Source: Candidatus Omnitrophota bacterium (GTDB taxonomy: Bacteria; Omnitrophota; Gorgyraeia; Zapsychrales; JANLHA01). Taken from it: 51,864 nt of DNA. Position 1 is the first letter of the stretch; the number at the start of each line of letters is the position of its first letter. Under the pieces are notes generated by a model, which worked only from the letters and a program-made list of their open reading frames with translations, searched no databases and was not told the origin of the DNA. The position numbers and the translations under genes are program-made. The DNA is taken from NCBI GenBank assembly GCA_023139575.1, contig JAGLNJ010000068.1, positions 1 to 51,864 of the forward strand, written 5' to 3'. Shown here in pieces: positions 9,883 through 19,763 of this stretch.

Positions 9883-10629
9883 TTATTCTTCCGTCTCTAC
9901 TGGAATAACATTGGCTTTGTTGCGCATGATGACAATATCAGCAAAAATTCTTTTTTGCATAATCATAATCTCATTCAAACGAATAAGCTCTAACACTGCC
10001 ATAAAGGTGACGATAATTTCATCACGAGAATCAACACCACTAAAGAAATCAGTGAGCAGGACCTGTGTTTGCTGCAGCAAAGAGTGAAGAATATCATGAA
10101 TCTTCTGCTCTACGGTAAACTCTTCTTTACGCACTTCATACACGGGTTTGTCTTTTATCTTACGCAAGGCTGACGTGAAGGCATTAATGAGGTCAAACAA
10201 ATTCGCTTCAAAATAAACTTCCTTAGCATCTTCATTCAACTCTTTCATTAATTCTTCATCAATACGGCGGGGGTAAAGTTTTTGCCGTTCAAATTCTTTT
10301 TCTTTCAAGTCCTCGGCAATCTCTTTGAAAATCTTATATTCCTGCAAACGCTTAACCAGCTCATCGCGAGGGTCTTCCTCTTCCTGCTCTTCAACTGGAT
10401 CCGGAGGTAGAAGCATTCGTGATTTGATCTGCATCAAGGTCGCCGCCATAACCAGAAATTCTCCGACCAATTCGAGGTCGAGCAGTTTCATCATCTCAAT
10501 ATATTCCATATACTGTTCGGTGATGTTGGCTATAGGAATGTCGCAAATATCAATATCATTCTTTTTTATCAAATACAAAAGGAGATCCAGAGGGCCTTCA
10601 AAAACATCTAATTTGAGTTTATAGTTCAT
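9883..10629 (-). CDS. scpA: segregation and condensation protein A
   Basis: FEGPLDLLLYLIKKNDIDICDIPIANITEQY N-terminus typical of the ScpA kleisin. No scpB follows it in this window. Confidence 0.85.
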   Translation of the reverse strand: MNYKLKLDVFEGPLDLLLYLIKKNDIDICDIPIANITEQYMEYIEMMKLLDLELVGEFLVMAATLMQIKSRMLLPPDPVEEQEEEDPRDELVKRLQEYKIFKEIAEDLKEKEFERQKLYPRRIDEELMKELNEDAKEVYFEANLFDLINAFTSALRKIKDKPVYEVRKEEFTVEQKIHDILHSLLQQTQVLLTDFFSGVDSRDEIIVTFMAVLELIRLNEIMIMQKRIFADIVIMRNKANVIPVETEE

Positions 10630-11607
10630 TTAAAAGACTGCCTCCTTAACCTCAGCCAGTGTTTTTTGAGCGAGTGCTTTGGCTTTTGCTGCCCCTTCCT
10701 GAAGAATATCTTCAATGATGGATCTGTCTTTTTCAAGCTCAGCTCTTTTTTCGCGGATGGGGTCAAGCTTTTCAAGAATTTTATCCGCCAAAATCATCTT
10801 GCACTCCGTACATCCCTTCGTGGCCTGCGTACACCAATGACGGACGTCATCCTTTTGATCGCTACCAAAAACATCGTAGTAACTGAAGACATTACATTCA
10901 TCAGGATGTCCCGAGTCTTTTAGTTTGAGACGTTTGGGATCCGTATACATCTGTTTTACTTTGTCGGTTACTTCCTCCTCGGAATCAGAAAGATTTATGG
11001 CATTCTGATAACTTTTGCTCATCTTGCGCCCGTCAATACCCAGCAAACGCGGTGTTTTGGTTAAAATCGCCTTACAATCCGGAAACAATTCTTTTTTATA
11101 AATAAAATTAAACCGACGGGAAAGTTCACGGGTGAATTCAATATGCGGCAGCTGATCCTCTCCTATCGGGACAGCGGCAGCTTTATAAAGCAAAATGTCC
11201 GCAGCCTGCAGAACGGGATAGCCGAGAAAACCATATGTTTGCAGATCCCGAGTCTTCACTTCACGCAACTGTTCTTTATAAGTGGGATTACGTTCAAGCC
11301 ATCCAAGAGGTGTGATGCAAGATAAAATCATTTGCAATTCGAGATGCTCCTGAACATGCGATTGGACAAAGACTATAGACCGCTTTGAATCAATGCCACA
11401 GGCAATCCAATCTAAGGCCATTTCGATAATATTCTCTTTAATATCCTTGCTGTATTCGTACTCGCTAAAAAGCGCGTGCCAGTCGACAATGCAAAAAACA
11501 CAATCGTACTCATCCTGCAAAAATTCCCAATTCTGCAGAGCCCCCAATAAATGCCCAAGGTGCAATTTGCCCGTCGGACGCATACCGCTGAAAATTCGTT
11601 GTTTCAT
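10630..11607 (-). CDS. trpS: tryptophan--tRNA ligase (with a C-terminal Cys4 motif)
   Basis: Class I aaRS with HIGH-type GKLHLGH and KMSKS. Cys238-x20-Cys259-x6-Cys266-x2-Cys269. Confidence 0.95.
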   Translation of the reverse strand: MKQRIFSGMRPTGKLHLGHLLGALQNWEFLQDEYDCVFCIVDWHALFSEYEYSKDIKENIIEMALDWIACGIDSKRSIVFVQSHVQEHLELQMILSCITPLGWLERNPTYKEQLREVKTRDLQTYGFLGYPVLQAADILLYKAAAVPIGEDQLPHIEFTRELSRRFNFIYKKELFPDCKAILTKTPRLLGIDGRKMSKSYQNAINLSDSEEEVTDKVKQMYTDPKRLKLKDSGHPDECNVFSYYDVFGSDQKDDVRHWCTQATKGCTECKMILADKILEKLDPIREKRAELEKDRSIIEDILQEGAAKAKALAQKTLAEVKEAVF

Positions 11608-11624
11608 TTTATCGGTTGGGTTAG

Positions 11625-14033
11625 TTATAACGTTCGGGCTATAGTTTCAATTTCATAAGCCTCAAATATATCCCCGGCTTCATACCCGGTATATTTATCA
11701 ACGGAAATGCCGCACTCAAATCCTTCGGACACTTCACGAACATCATCTTTAAAACGTTTTAAGGTCGTGATTTGTCCCGTATGAACAACCTCACCATTAC
11801 GGACGACATCGACCTTGACCTTGCGTGTCACTTTGCCTTTAAGGACAAAACATCCCGCAATAATACCGGCCTTGCTTAATTTAAAGACCTGACGCACTTC
11901 AATACGGCTCAAGAATTTCTTTTTAAGTTTCGGTTCCAACAAACCTTCCAGGGCCTTGCGGACATCATTGACCGCATCATAAATAATGCGATACTTCCGC
12001 ACATCAACCATATGCTTCCCCAATTCCTCGCTGGCACGAGGACCAACGCCGACGTGAAATGCAATGATAATCGCATCCGAGGCGTTCGCCAAAATAACAT
12101 CAGAGGCGTTGACATCGCCAACACCTGTGTGGATGAATTTAACTTTAACTTCATTACTGGGTATTTTCTGGAGGGAATCTTTCAAGGCCTCAAGTGAACC
12201 TTGCACATCAGCCTTTAAAATAACATTTAGCTCTTTGATTGTTCCTTCTTGGATCTTTGAATAAAGATCTTCTAATGTGATTTTATTTTGCGAACGCAGG
12301 CGCTCATCATCAAGTTTTTCTCTTCTTGAATAAGCAATTTGTTTGGCCTGTTTTTCGCTTTCTACAACATAAAACATTTCCCCAGCCTCCGGGACGCCGG
12401 GCAAGCCCATGATCTCAACAGGTTTTGAGGGCCCCGCTTCTGTAATAGGCTTTTCCCAATCATCAAACATCGCCTTGATCTTTCCATAATATGGTCCAAC
12501 CACAAAAATATCGTTGTGACACAATGTCCCGCTTTGCACAATCAGCGTCGCCACCGCGCCCTTACCGCGGCTCAAGTGGGCTTCCACAACAATGCCGGAA
12601 GCTCTCTTGTTAGGATTAGCCTTCAATTCAAGCATCTCGGATTCAAGCAAGATCATCTCTAACAATTTATCAACCCCCTCGCCGGTTATAGCAGAAACAC
12701 CACAAACGATCGTACTCCCCCCCCAATCTTCAGCATTCAAATCATGTTTGGCTAGTTCCTGTTTGACCTTATCAACATCAGCATTGCGACGGTCAATCTT
12801 GTTTAAAGCAACAACAATCGGGACATTAGCCGCACGGGCGTGGTCAATCGCCTCTTCGGTCTGAGGCTTAACACCTTCATCCGCAGCAACAACCAAAACA
12901 ACTATATCAGTAATGTGGGCGCCGCGGGCTCGCATCGCGGTAAAAGCCTCGTGACCAGGGGTATCAAGAAATGTGATCTTACCTTTTGCCAAGGAGACCG
13001 AATATGCCCCAATATGCTGGGTTATCCCCCCATGCTCTTTATCAACAATAATACTTTTTCTGATGCGGTCTAAAAGAGATGTCTTCCCGTGATCAACATG
13101 TCCCATGAACGTGATAACCGGCGCTCGCGTCAGTAATAATTTGGGGTCATCTTCGTCTTTAGAATGGCCGTCAATTAACTGCTCTTCCTGGGTCTTCAAC
13201 TCAGTAACATTATAGCCAAATTCAATAGCCAGCCGCTGAACAATATCTGACCCTAAATTCTGATTAATATTAGCAAATACACCCATTTGCAGAAGTTTCT
13301 TAAGAACAATACTTGTCTTCTGCTGTATGCGGACAGAAAAATCTTTGACTGACACCGGCATTTTCAATTCCAATTCAATAAGCGACTCATCCCGCTGAGA
13401 TGTTAACGCCTCTCGCGCGGATGAGCCAACTGCTCCCATTTCCATAAAAGAACCAACCGCTCCATCCGGTGATAAGGAAAGATCTTCTGGTTTTGGTGAC
13501 GCTACCGTTCTGGCGTCTCTGGGTGAAGGTTTACGCTTTTTCTTCGATAACGGCTTAAGCGGAATGAATGGCTCTGCGCTTATTTTGGATTTGAATTTCT
13601 TAACGGGCTCTACGTTCGGCTCTTCCTTCTTGACCTTGACTGGTTCTTCTTTGGATTCAGCCTTTTTTTCAGCCACTTTCTTGACGGATGCCTTCTCGGT
13701 GGTTTTCTTCGTTGTTTTTCTTGCCACCTTTTCTTCTTTTTCTTCGTCCTTCTTTTTTGCTGTTTCTTTCTTGGTCGTCGTCTTCTTTTTGATTGCCGCT
13801 TTCTTATTAACAGTTTTCTTTTTCTCGACCGTCTCGTCTTTTTCTTTCAAAGGAACCCTGGGCTTAGATAACACATTCTTCAGTTCCTTAACCAATTCAC
13901 CGCGCAAGACAATGAGAACAGCCTTATTCAATTCCTGCTTACCGTCTTTGGCCTTTAATTTTAACGACTTTAATTTTTTTAATACTACATCGCTGGTAAT
14001 ATTTAATTCTTTTGCTAATTCAGATACTCGCAT
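11625..14033 (-). CDS. infB: translation initiation factor IF-2
   Basis: Lys/Glu-rich N-terminal region. G-domain motifs VITFMGHVDHGKTSLLD, DTPGHEAF and NKID. C-terminal IF-2 domains. rimP-nusA-infB synteny. Confidence 0.95.
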   Translation of the reverse strand: MRVSELAKELNITSDVVLKKLKSLKLKAKDGKQELNKAVLIVLRGELVKELKNVLSKPRVPLKEKDETVEKKKTVNKKAAIKKKTTTKKETAKKKDEEKEEKVARKTTKKTTEKASVKKVAEKKAESKEEPVKVKKEEPNVEPVKKFKSKISAEPFIPLKPLSKKKRKPSPRDARTVASPKPEDLSLSPDGAVGSFMEMGAVGSSAREALTSQRDESLIELELKMPVSVKDFSVRIQQKTSIVLKKLLQMGVFANINQNLGSDIVQRLAIEFGYNVTELKTQEEQLIDGHSKDEDDPKLLLTRAPVITFMGHVDHGKTSLLDRIRKSIIVDKEHGGITQHIGAYSVSLAKGKITFLDTPGHEAFTAMRARGAHITDIVVLVVAADEGVKPQTEEAIDHARAANVPIVVALNKIDRRNADVDKVKQELAKHDLNAEDWGGSTIVCGVSAITGEGVDKLLEMILLESEMLELKANPNKRASGIVVEAHLSRGKGAVATLIVQSGTLCHNDIFVVGPYYGKIKAMFDDWEKPITEAGPSKPVEIMGLPGVPEAGEMFYVVESEKQAKQIAYSRREKLDDERLRSQNKITLEDLYSKIQEGTIKELNVILKADVQGSLEALKDSLQKIPSNEVKVKFIHTGVGDVNASDVILANASDAIIIAFHVGVGPRASEELGKHMVDVRKYRIIYDAVNDVRKALEGLLEPKLKKKFLSRIEVRQVFKLSKAGIIAGCFVLKGKVTRKVKVDVVRNGEVVHTGQITTLKRFKDDVREVSEGFECGISVDKYTGYEAGDIFEAYEIETIARTL

Positions 14034-14078
14034 ATTTATCGTTTCGTTTTAAAGTTTATGATTTGTATAGTTATTTTT

Positions 14079-15284
14079 TTACTTTTTGATAATAGCTTTG
14101 GCTTCAGCAATGATTTTTTCTGCCTTCACCTTTCCTAATCCTTTAATCTTTGTCAAATCCTTAACTTCCGCATCAGCTAATTTTTCGACAGCATCAAAAC
14201 CTGACTCCAATAACAAGGCAAGGACTTTTTCTCCAACAACTGTTATACCCGACAAGGAACCTGATTCGACAGCGTCCTTTTCTCCCTCAATACCAAGTAC
14301 CGGAATCTCCTCATCAGATGCGAATTTCTTTTCATGCTCCTTCCATTGTTCAGCGGTAAAAATATTTAATTCCCAATCGACGAGTTCACTGGCCAAGCGG
14401 ACATTCTGCCCCCTTCGGCCGATAGCCAAAGAAAGCTGGTCATCAGCCACAATAAGATTAGCTTTCTTCTCATCCTTATTAATTTGTATCTGAGAAATCT
14501 CCGCCGGTGAAAGCGCCGCCTGAATATATTCTTTAATGTCTATTGAATACCGGACAATATCAATTTTCTCACCTTGCAATTCAGAAACGATATTTTTTAC
14601 TCTGGCGCCCCGCATCCCAACGCAAGCACCAACACAGTCCACTTTTTCATCCTTTGAATATACGGCAATCTTTGTTCGCTCACTAACCGCGCGGGATATA
14701 GCCTTGATTTCCACGATGCCTTCATAAATTTCCGGAACTTCCAACTCAAATAACCTTTTAATGAAATTCGGATTAGCGCGGGACAAAACAATTTGCGGCC
14801 CCTTTGCCTCACGGGAAACATCGAGGATAAGGCAACGCACACGGTCACCCTGCTTGAATTCTTCCTTGCTGGACTGTTCGCTTCTCGGCAGAAAAGCCTC
14901 AGTCTTACCCAAATCAACAATAATATTCCCGCGCTCAAAACGATAGACGCTGCCACTGACAATCTGACCGATACGATTCTGATATTCAACAAAAACGACA
15001 TCTTTCTCAGCTTCGCGTATTTTCTGTATAATAACCTGTTTGGCTGTCTGCGCTGCAATACGTCCAAATTCACTGGAACGAATTTCATGTTCACCTGCGT
15101 AAGCAGTGAGTTTTCCTGTTTTACGGTTGATCACGACTTTAATTTCTTCATTGCTGTCAACCGTCCAGATCTTTTTTGCAGCCGAAGCTACTGCGGATTC
15201 AACCGCCTGGATCAAGATATCCTTATCAATGCCCTTGTCTCTTTCTAATTGTTCTAATATGCCTAATAATTCACTAGTATCCAT
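14079..15284 (-). CDS. nusA: transcription termination/antitermination factor NusA
   Basis: NusA N-domain, S1 and two KH domains (GACVGMRGARVKNI, AIGRRGQNVRLASEL), plus a C-terminal HhH region. ATG 15284 sits 7-8 nt after AGGAAGGA. The track start 15290 is too close to the SD. Confidence 0.95.
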   Translation of the reverse strand: MDTSELLGILEQLERDKGIDKDILIQAVESAVASAAKKIWTVDSNEEIKVVINRKTGKLTAYAGEHEIRSSEFGRIAAQTAKQVIIQKIREAEKDVVFVEYQNRIGQIVSGSVYRFERGNIIVDLGKTEAFLPRSEQSSKEEFKQGDRVRCLILDVSREAKGPQIVLSRANPNFIKRLFELEVPEIYEGIVEIKAISRAVSERTKIAVYSKDEKVDCVGACVGMRGARVKNIVSELQGEKIDIVRYSIDIKEYIQAALSPAEISQIQINKDEKKANLIVADDQLSLAIGRRGQNVRLASELVDWELNIFTAEQWKEHEKKFASDEEIPVLGIEGEKDAVESGSLSGITVVGEKVLALLLESGFDAVEKLADAEVKDLTKIKGLGKVKAEKIIAEAKAIIKK

Positions 15285-15297
15285 ACCCATATCCTTC

Positions 15298-15801
15298 CTA
15301 AATAATTTGCGTTGCCTTTTGAATTTTGTTAATCGGAAGCAATATCTCCTCCTCAGGAAAAGGAGGTTTTTTACTGCTTTTCTTATTTTTATATCTGATT
15401 ATAACTTGTTCTGCTGTTGCATCCTGAATAACGCCTACCCATTCGTGTTTATTAGCTACCGGTTCGTCAAAAATAAACCTTACTTCCCTTCCCTTGGCCC
15501 TTAAGAAATCTTTTTGTGAAACTAACAGCCTATCAAGACCCGGAGATGATACCGCTACCACATATGAATTCTCAATCATATCCTCGGCTTCAAGCTTATC
15601 GCATATGGCCCTGTTTAAAATAGCACAATGATCTAGATCAATACTGCTAATGGAGTTGTCCGCCAAAACCTCGATATTCACCTTCTTTCCTTGTTGCGAA
15701 ACTCTCAATTCAACCAAATCAAAATCATTTTCTTGCAATATAGGATCTATTAATGCTACCAACTTCTCTTGTAATATATCAATATCCATCTCAAACTTCA
15801 T
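15298..15801 (-). CDS. rimP: ribosome maturation factor RimP
   Basis: RimP pattern (DLVELRVSQQGKKVNIEVLAD, AVSSPGLDR) and the position immediately upstream of nusA. ATGA overlap with the proS stop. Confidence 0.85.
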   Translation of the reverse strand: MKFEMDIDILQEKLVALIDPILQENDFDLVELRVSQQGKKVNIEVLADNSISSIDLDHCAILNRAICDKLEAEDMIENSYVVAVSSPGLDRLLVSQKDFLRAKGREVRFIFDEPVANKHEWVGVIQDATAEQVIIRYKNKKSSKKPPFPEEEILLPINKIQKATQII

Positions 15802-17060
15802 CCCTTTTTTAAAAGAACCTCTACTTCCTTCACGACCTCATTTTTACCGACAAGACTTGTTTCTCCCGTCGCCCGGTTCTTGAGCTCAACCTTCCCCTTT
15901 TTCAAGCCTCTTTTACCAAGTACAATACGGGTGGGTATGCCGATTAAATCTGCATCATTAAATTTACGCCCTGCTGTCTCATCGCGATCATCAACGATCA
16001 CATCATAATCTAAACTCTGTAAACTTTTGTAATATTGGTTGGTCAGTTCCATGGTTTCCTGATCATTGACCTGCAACGGCAGAATTTCAACATCGAAAGG
16101 AGCAACTTCTTTGGGCCATTTGATACCCCCTTCGTCATTATGCGTTTCTATTATGGCAGCAATCAGACGGCTCACGCCAATACCATAACATCCCATAATA
16201 ATGGGCTTTTGCTTTCCTTGTTCATCGAGATATAAGGCTTCAAGTGACTGAGAATATTTTGTCCCTAACTGAAAAACATGCCCCAATTCAATAGCGATTT
16301 TTTTCTCTAATATCCCCTCCTTACATTCCGGACACTTTTTATTATCAGAAATTTCTTCCGGACAAGACTCTCCATATTTGCATTTTGGACACTGTAGGAT
16401 AGCGTCTTCACCAATCTCGGCCGGCAGCAAAAACTCATGCGAAACATCACCCCCCATCGCTCCTGAATCAGCCGCAATAATAACGATTTCCAACCCGCAT
16501 CGTTTAAAAATTCTTTTATAGGCCTCATACATAAGGTCATAATTCTTCTTCAGGCCTTCCACATCACGGTCAAAACTATACGCGTCTTTCATAATAAATT
16601 CGCAGGCGCGGACAATGCCGAATCGTGTACGCAATTCATCACGAAACTTCGTTTGGATCTGGTACAAGGTAACTGGCAGTTGACGATATGATTGCACATA
16701 TTCTTTGACCAATTGTGTAATAACCTCTTCGTGGGTAGGACCCAAACATACCTCGCGGCCACGGTTATCTTTAAAACGGATCATGATATCATCCATCACC
16801 GCATCACGGCCTGTCTTTTTCCACAACTCTAGCGGCTGTAAACAAGGCAAAAACAATTCATGCGCATCTGCCGCATTCATTTCTTCACGAATAATATTCT
16901 CAATGCGACCCAAAACACGAAACCCCAAGGGCAAATAAGAATACACCCCAGATGTGAGCATATTGACAAGACCTGCCCGTAAAAGGAGTTGGTGACTGAT
17001 CGCCTCTGTCCCAACGGGCGTTTCTTTCATTGTCGGTAAAAAATATTTTGACCAAAACAT
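15798..17060 (-). CDS. proS: proline--tRNA ligase, bacterial type but lacking the INS editing domain
   Basis: Collinear with bacterial ProRS (ISHQLLLRAGL, LGPTHEEVIT, YQIQTKFRDE, MKDAYSF, GHVFQLGTKYS, MGCYGIGVSR, and the anticodon-binding C-terminus). Only 420 aa. About 35 aa containing CPKC..C..CPEC occupy the INS position. Confidence 0.9.
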   Translation of the reverse strand: MFWSKYFLPTMKETPVGTEAISHQLLLRAGLVNMLTSGVYSYLPLGFRVLGRIENIIREEMNAADAHELFLPCLQPLELWKKTGRDAVMDDIMIRFKDNRGREVCLGPTHEEVITQLVKEYVQSYRQLPVTLYQIQTKFRDELRTRFGIVRACEFIMKDAYSFDRDVEGLKKNYDLMYEAYKRIFKRCGLEIVIIAADSGAMGGDVSHEFLLPAEIGEDAILQCPKCKYGESCPEEISDNKKCPECKEGILEKKIAIELGHVFQLGTKYSQSLEALYLDEQGKQKPIIMGCYGIGVSRLIAAIIETHNDEGGIKWPKEVAPFDVEILPLQVNDQETMELTNQYYKSLQSLDYDVIVDDRDETAGRKFNDADLIGIPTRIVLGKRGLKKGKVELKNRATGETSLVGKNEVVKEVEVLLKKG

Positions 17061-17074
17061 TCTGAACTCTTTCT

Positions 17075-18343
17075 TTATTTATCAAAAAAATCCGTTGACA
17101 AATACACATGACGTTTGACTAATTTCGGAAAAAAATACGGTTTTTTTTTGGTTTTCTCCCAATGACCAATAATCTTTCCATCTTCTTTTAGCTCATCCTG
17201 GACAAACTTAAAGACATCTTCCAATTTAATCTGTCCCGATGCTTCATCAAAATAAGAGTCAGTAAGATATGTTATCCTTCTCACCCCATCGGGAAATAAT
17301 TCAATATGCACGATAAGATCGATAGCTCGGGCAACCTGCTTTCTGATTTCTTCGGTACTCAATTGAATACCCGCCATCATCATCATGGTAACCATACGGT
17401 TGAAACAGTCTTCCGGAGAGTCCGCGTGCACAATAGCCAAGGAACCAGTATGCCCCGAGGAAATAGACTGGATTAAATCTAACATTTCGTCAGACCGAAC
17501 CTCCCCGATAATAATGCGATCCGGACGCATACGCAAAGAATTGACGAAAAGGTCCCGAATGGTTATGACCCCTTTCCCTTCAATATTGGCAGACTTGGAT
17601 TGCAGGGTTACCACATGTTCCTGCATCAAACGCAACTCGGGTGTATCCTCAATAGTGATGATGCGTTCCTCTTGATCAATGTGTCGCGAAAGAACATTTA
17701 AGGCCGTTGTTTTACCGGTGCCGGTAGCCCCGCAAAAAACGATATTTAATTTTCCATGCATGCTGGCAATCAGCATTTCCGCCATGTCATCATTAAACAT
17801 TTTTCTATTTATAAGATCCTCCACTGTATTAATATCCGAAGAAAACTTCCTGATGGTCAAAACTGGACCAACCAAAGAACAAGGAGGCAAAATAACATTA
17901 ACACGGGATCCATCTCCCAGTGAAAAGTCAACATACGGGGACGACTCATCAACCCGGCGGCTCGAACCTGAAGAGACAAGAAGCTTTTGCACTGTATGCA
18001 ACAAAGTATTATTATTTTCAAACTTGATATCTGTCAGATGTATCTTCCCCTCTTTCTGCACATAAATTTTATCCGACCCATTTACCATAATTTCCGTTAT
18101 AGTTTTATCTTCCATCAAAGGCCGAATGGGTCCCATACTGATTACAGCACTGACAAGACTACGGATAAGAGAGATGCGGATCTCCATGGACATTTCCAGA
18201 TCTTCTTCATAACAAATATCCGTGATAGCTTTGTCGACAAAAATCCGCAATTGGTCTTCAGATAAAGTATCTTTAATTTTCAAGAAATTCGTTTTTTGGA
18301 TCAAATATTGATGGACTCTTGAGCGAATGTCACTATCATTCAT
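17075..18343 (-). CDS. CpaF/TadA-family secretion ATPase (type II/IV secretion NTPase)
   Basis: ITEIMVNG, Walker A GATGTGKTT, Asp box ITIEDTPEL, Walker B RIIIGEVR, His box SGHTGSLAIVHA. Confidence 0.85.
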   Translation of the reverse strand: MNDSDIRSRVHQYLIQKTNFLKIKDTLSEDQLRIFVDKAITDICYEEDLEMSMEIRISLIRSLVSAVISMGPIRPLMEDKTITEIMVNGSDKIYVQKEGKIHLTDIKFENNNTLLHTVQKLLVSSGSSRRVDESSPYVDFSLGDGSRVNVILPPCSLVGPVLTIRKFSSDINTVEDLINRKMFNDDMAEMLIASMHGKLNIVFCGATGTGKTTALNVLSRHIDQEERIITIEDTPELRLMQEHVVTLQSKSANIEGKGVITIRDLFVNSLRMRPDRIIIGEVRSDEMLDLIQSISSGHTGSLAIVHADSPEDCFNRMVTMMMMAGIQLSTEEIRKQVARAIDLIVHIELFPDGVRRITYLTDSYFDEASGQIKLEDVFKFVQDELKEDGKIIGHWEKTKKKPYFFPKLVKRHVYLSTDFFDK

Positions 18344-18384
18344 TTTTTTCTCCTAGATTCATGAAAGTTTCCAAGACTATTCTC

Positions 18385-19725
18385 TCAACTGGCTGATTTC
18401 AGCCGCAAGAAAATATCCTTAACAACATCAAACCAACCAAGCCGTGCTAAATCGTTATAAAAAACAAAAATCATAAGGCAAATCAACAAACTCATGCCAA
18501 CCTTTGTCAGATTTTCTTCCCATTCAATCGGAAGAGGTTTTCCTTTCACCTTTTCAATGGCCAGCAGAAACAAATGCCCGCCGTCTAATACGGGAACGGG
18601 AAGCAAATTAAATATGGCTAAACTTATGCTGATAACGGCAATGATGAATAAAAGGTGAACTACCCCCGCTTGAGAAGCCATGCGCACAGCATTAAAAATC
18701 AAGATCGGCCCCCCTACACTTTCTTTTGCCGACATAGAACCCGTGATCATGTAGAATAGGGCCTTATAAGTCATCGTTGTTATCGTCATGACCTCATCAT
18801 ACGCGTATGCAAAAGATGTTATTGGGCCAAAATTGACATAGTCAAAATCATGCTGAGGACTAATACCGATGATATACTTTTCTAATTCTTCTTCATATTG
18901 AGGCGTTAACGTTTTTTGTAAAACATCATCCCCCCTTTTCACTTTTATCGCTATCGGCTGCCCCCCAGCTTCGCCAATTAATTCCTGAACCTTTTCCCAA
19001 TGCGTTACTTTGGAATCATTAATAGATATAATCAAATCCCCTTTTTCAAGTCCGGACTCCAAAGCCGGTAAATCCTCAGCAAGCGCTCCGATACTAGCAC
19101 CGATAAAATCAATGCCTAAATCTCTTACAAGCTGATCTTTTCCAAAATAATTCGTCTCAGTTATAATCTCTGGTTTTACCTTTAAAACAATTTCCTTGTC
19201 ATCACGCAATACCCCAAGTGAAATCAAACTCTTATCATCCCCGACTAAATTACGTTGCAGATGAGGCAAACTGTATAATTTCTTTCCATTTATACTTACA
19301 ACCCTATCTCCTATAGCCAATCCATCAACTTGAGCAACACCGTCCCTCAAACCATACACCTGCATGGCCTGCCCCGGATAACCCAACATGAATACACCCC
19401 AAAGACACAAAAAGCCAAATACAAAATTAATAACAGGACCCATAACAATAACAAATGCGCGGTGCCCGGGAGGATGAGAATAAAATTCATCTGTCGTCCC
19501 CTTACACTCCGCCCTTTCATCACCGGCCATCTTGACATATCCCCCAAGAGGAATAGCCGAAAGAAGGAACTCCGTCCCTTTTCGAAATCGTGAAATGATT
19601 TTTGGGCCAAATCCCACGGAAAACTTTTCAACTTTTACACCAACAGTTCTAGCACTAATGTAATGGCCCCATTCATGGACAATCACGAGTACACTTAGAA
19701 CTGTCAAAAAAATAAACAAGCTCAT
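18385..19725 (-). CDS. rseP: RIP metalloprotease RseP (M50 site-2 protease)
   Basis: HEWGHY zinc motif in TM1, central PDZ region, and C-terminal NLLPVPVLDGGH motif. Confidence 0.9.
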   Translation of the reverse strand: MSLFIFLTVLSVLVIVHEWGHYISARTVGVKVEKFSVGFGPKIISRFRKGTEFLLSAIPLGGYVKMAGDERAECKGTTDEFYSHPPGHRAFVIVMGPVINFVFGFLCLWGVFMLGYPGQAMQVYGLRDGVAQVDGLAIGDRVVSINGKKLYSLPHLQRNLVGDDKSLISLGVLRDDKEIVLKVKPEIITETNYFGKDQLVRDLGIDFIGASIGALAEDLPALESGLEKGDLIISINDSKVTHWEKVQELIGEAGGQPIAIKVKRGDDVLQKTLTPQYEEELEKYIIGISPQHDFDYVNFGPITSFAYAYDEVMTITTMTYKALFYMITGSMSAKESVGGPILIFNAVRMASQAGVVHLLFIIAVISISLAIFNLLPVPVLDGGHLFLLAIEKVKGKPLPIEWEENLTKVGMSLLICLMIFVFYNDLARLGWFDVVKDIFLRLKSAS

Positions 19726-19763
19726 ATTTTTTCATTTCCCTTAATTTTTGAAACAACAAAAAA

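Noticed and set aside
13560-13900. Repetitive Lys/Glu/Thr-rich coding stretch that looks like a tandem repeat at the DNA level.
   Set aside because: It is the usual low-complexity N-terminal region of IF-2. It is in frame within infB and is not a CRISPR, VNTR or mobile element.
13564-14052. Long plus-strand ORFs such as 13564-14052, 14793-15248, 4749-5147, 33078-33446 and 38959-39315.
   Set aside because: Each lies wholly antisense to a strongly conserved minus-strand gene (infB, nusA, trmD, kdsD, GT9). Their translations are low-complexity or Ser/Phe/Leu-rich shadow frames with no recognisable motifs or SD sequences.
14597-15094. Same-strand nested ORFs in alternative frames (14597-15094 in nusA, 11909-12154 in infB, 19347-19631 in rseP, 16307-16540 in proS, and others).
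   Set aside because: They are out-of-frame reads through well-supported genes with Arg/Cys/Leu-rich unnatural composition. Nothing supports overlapping coding.
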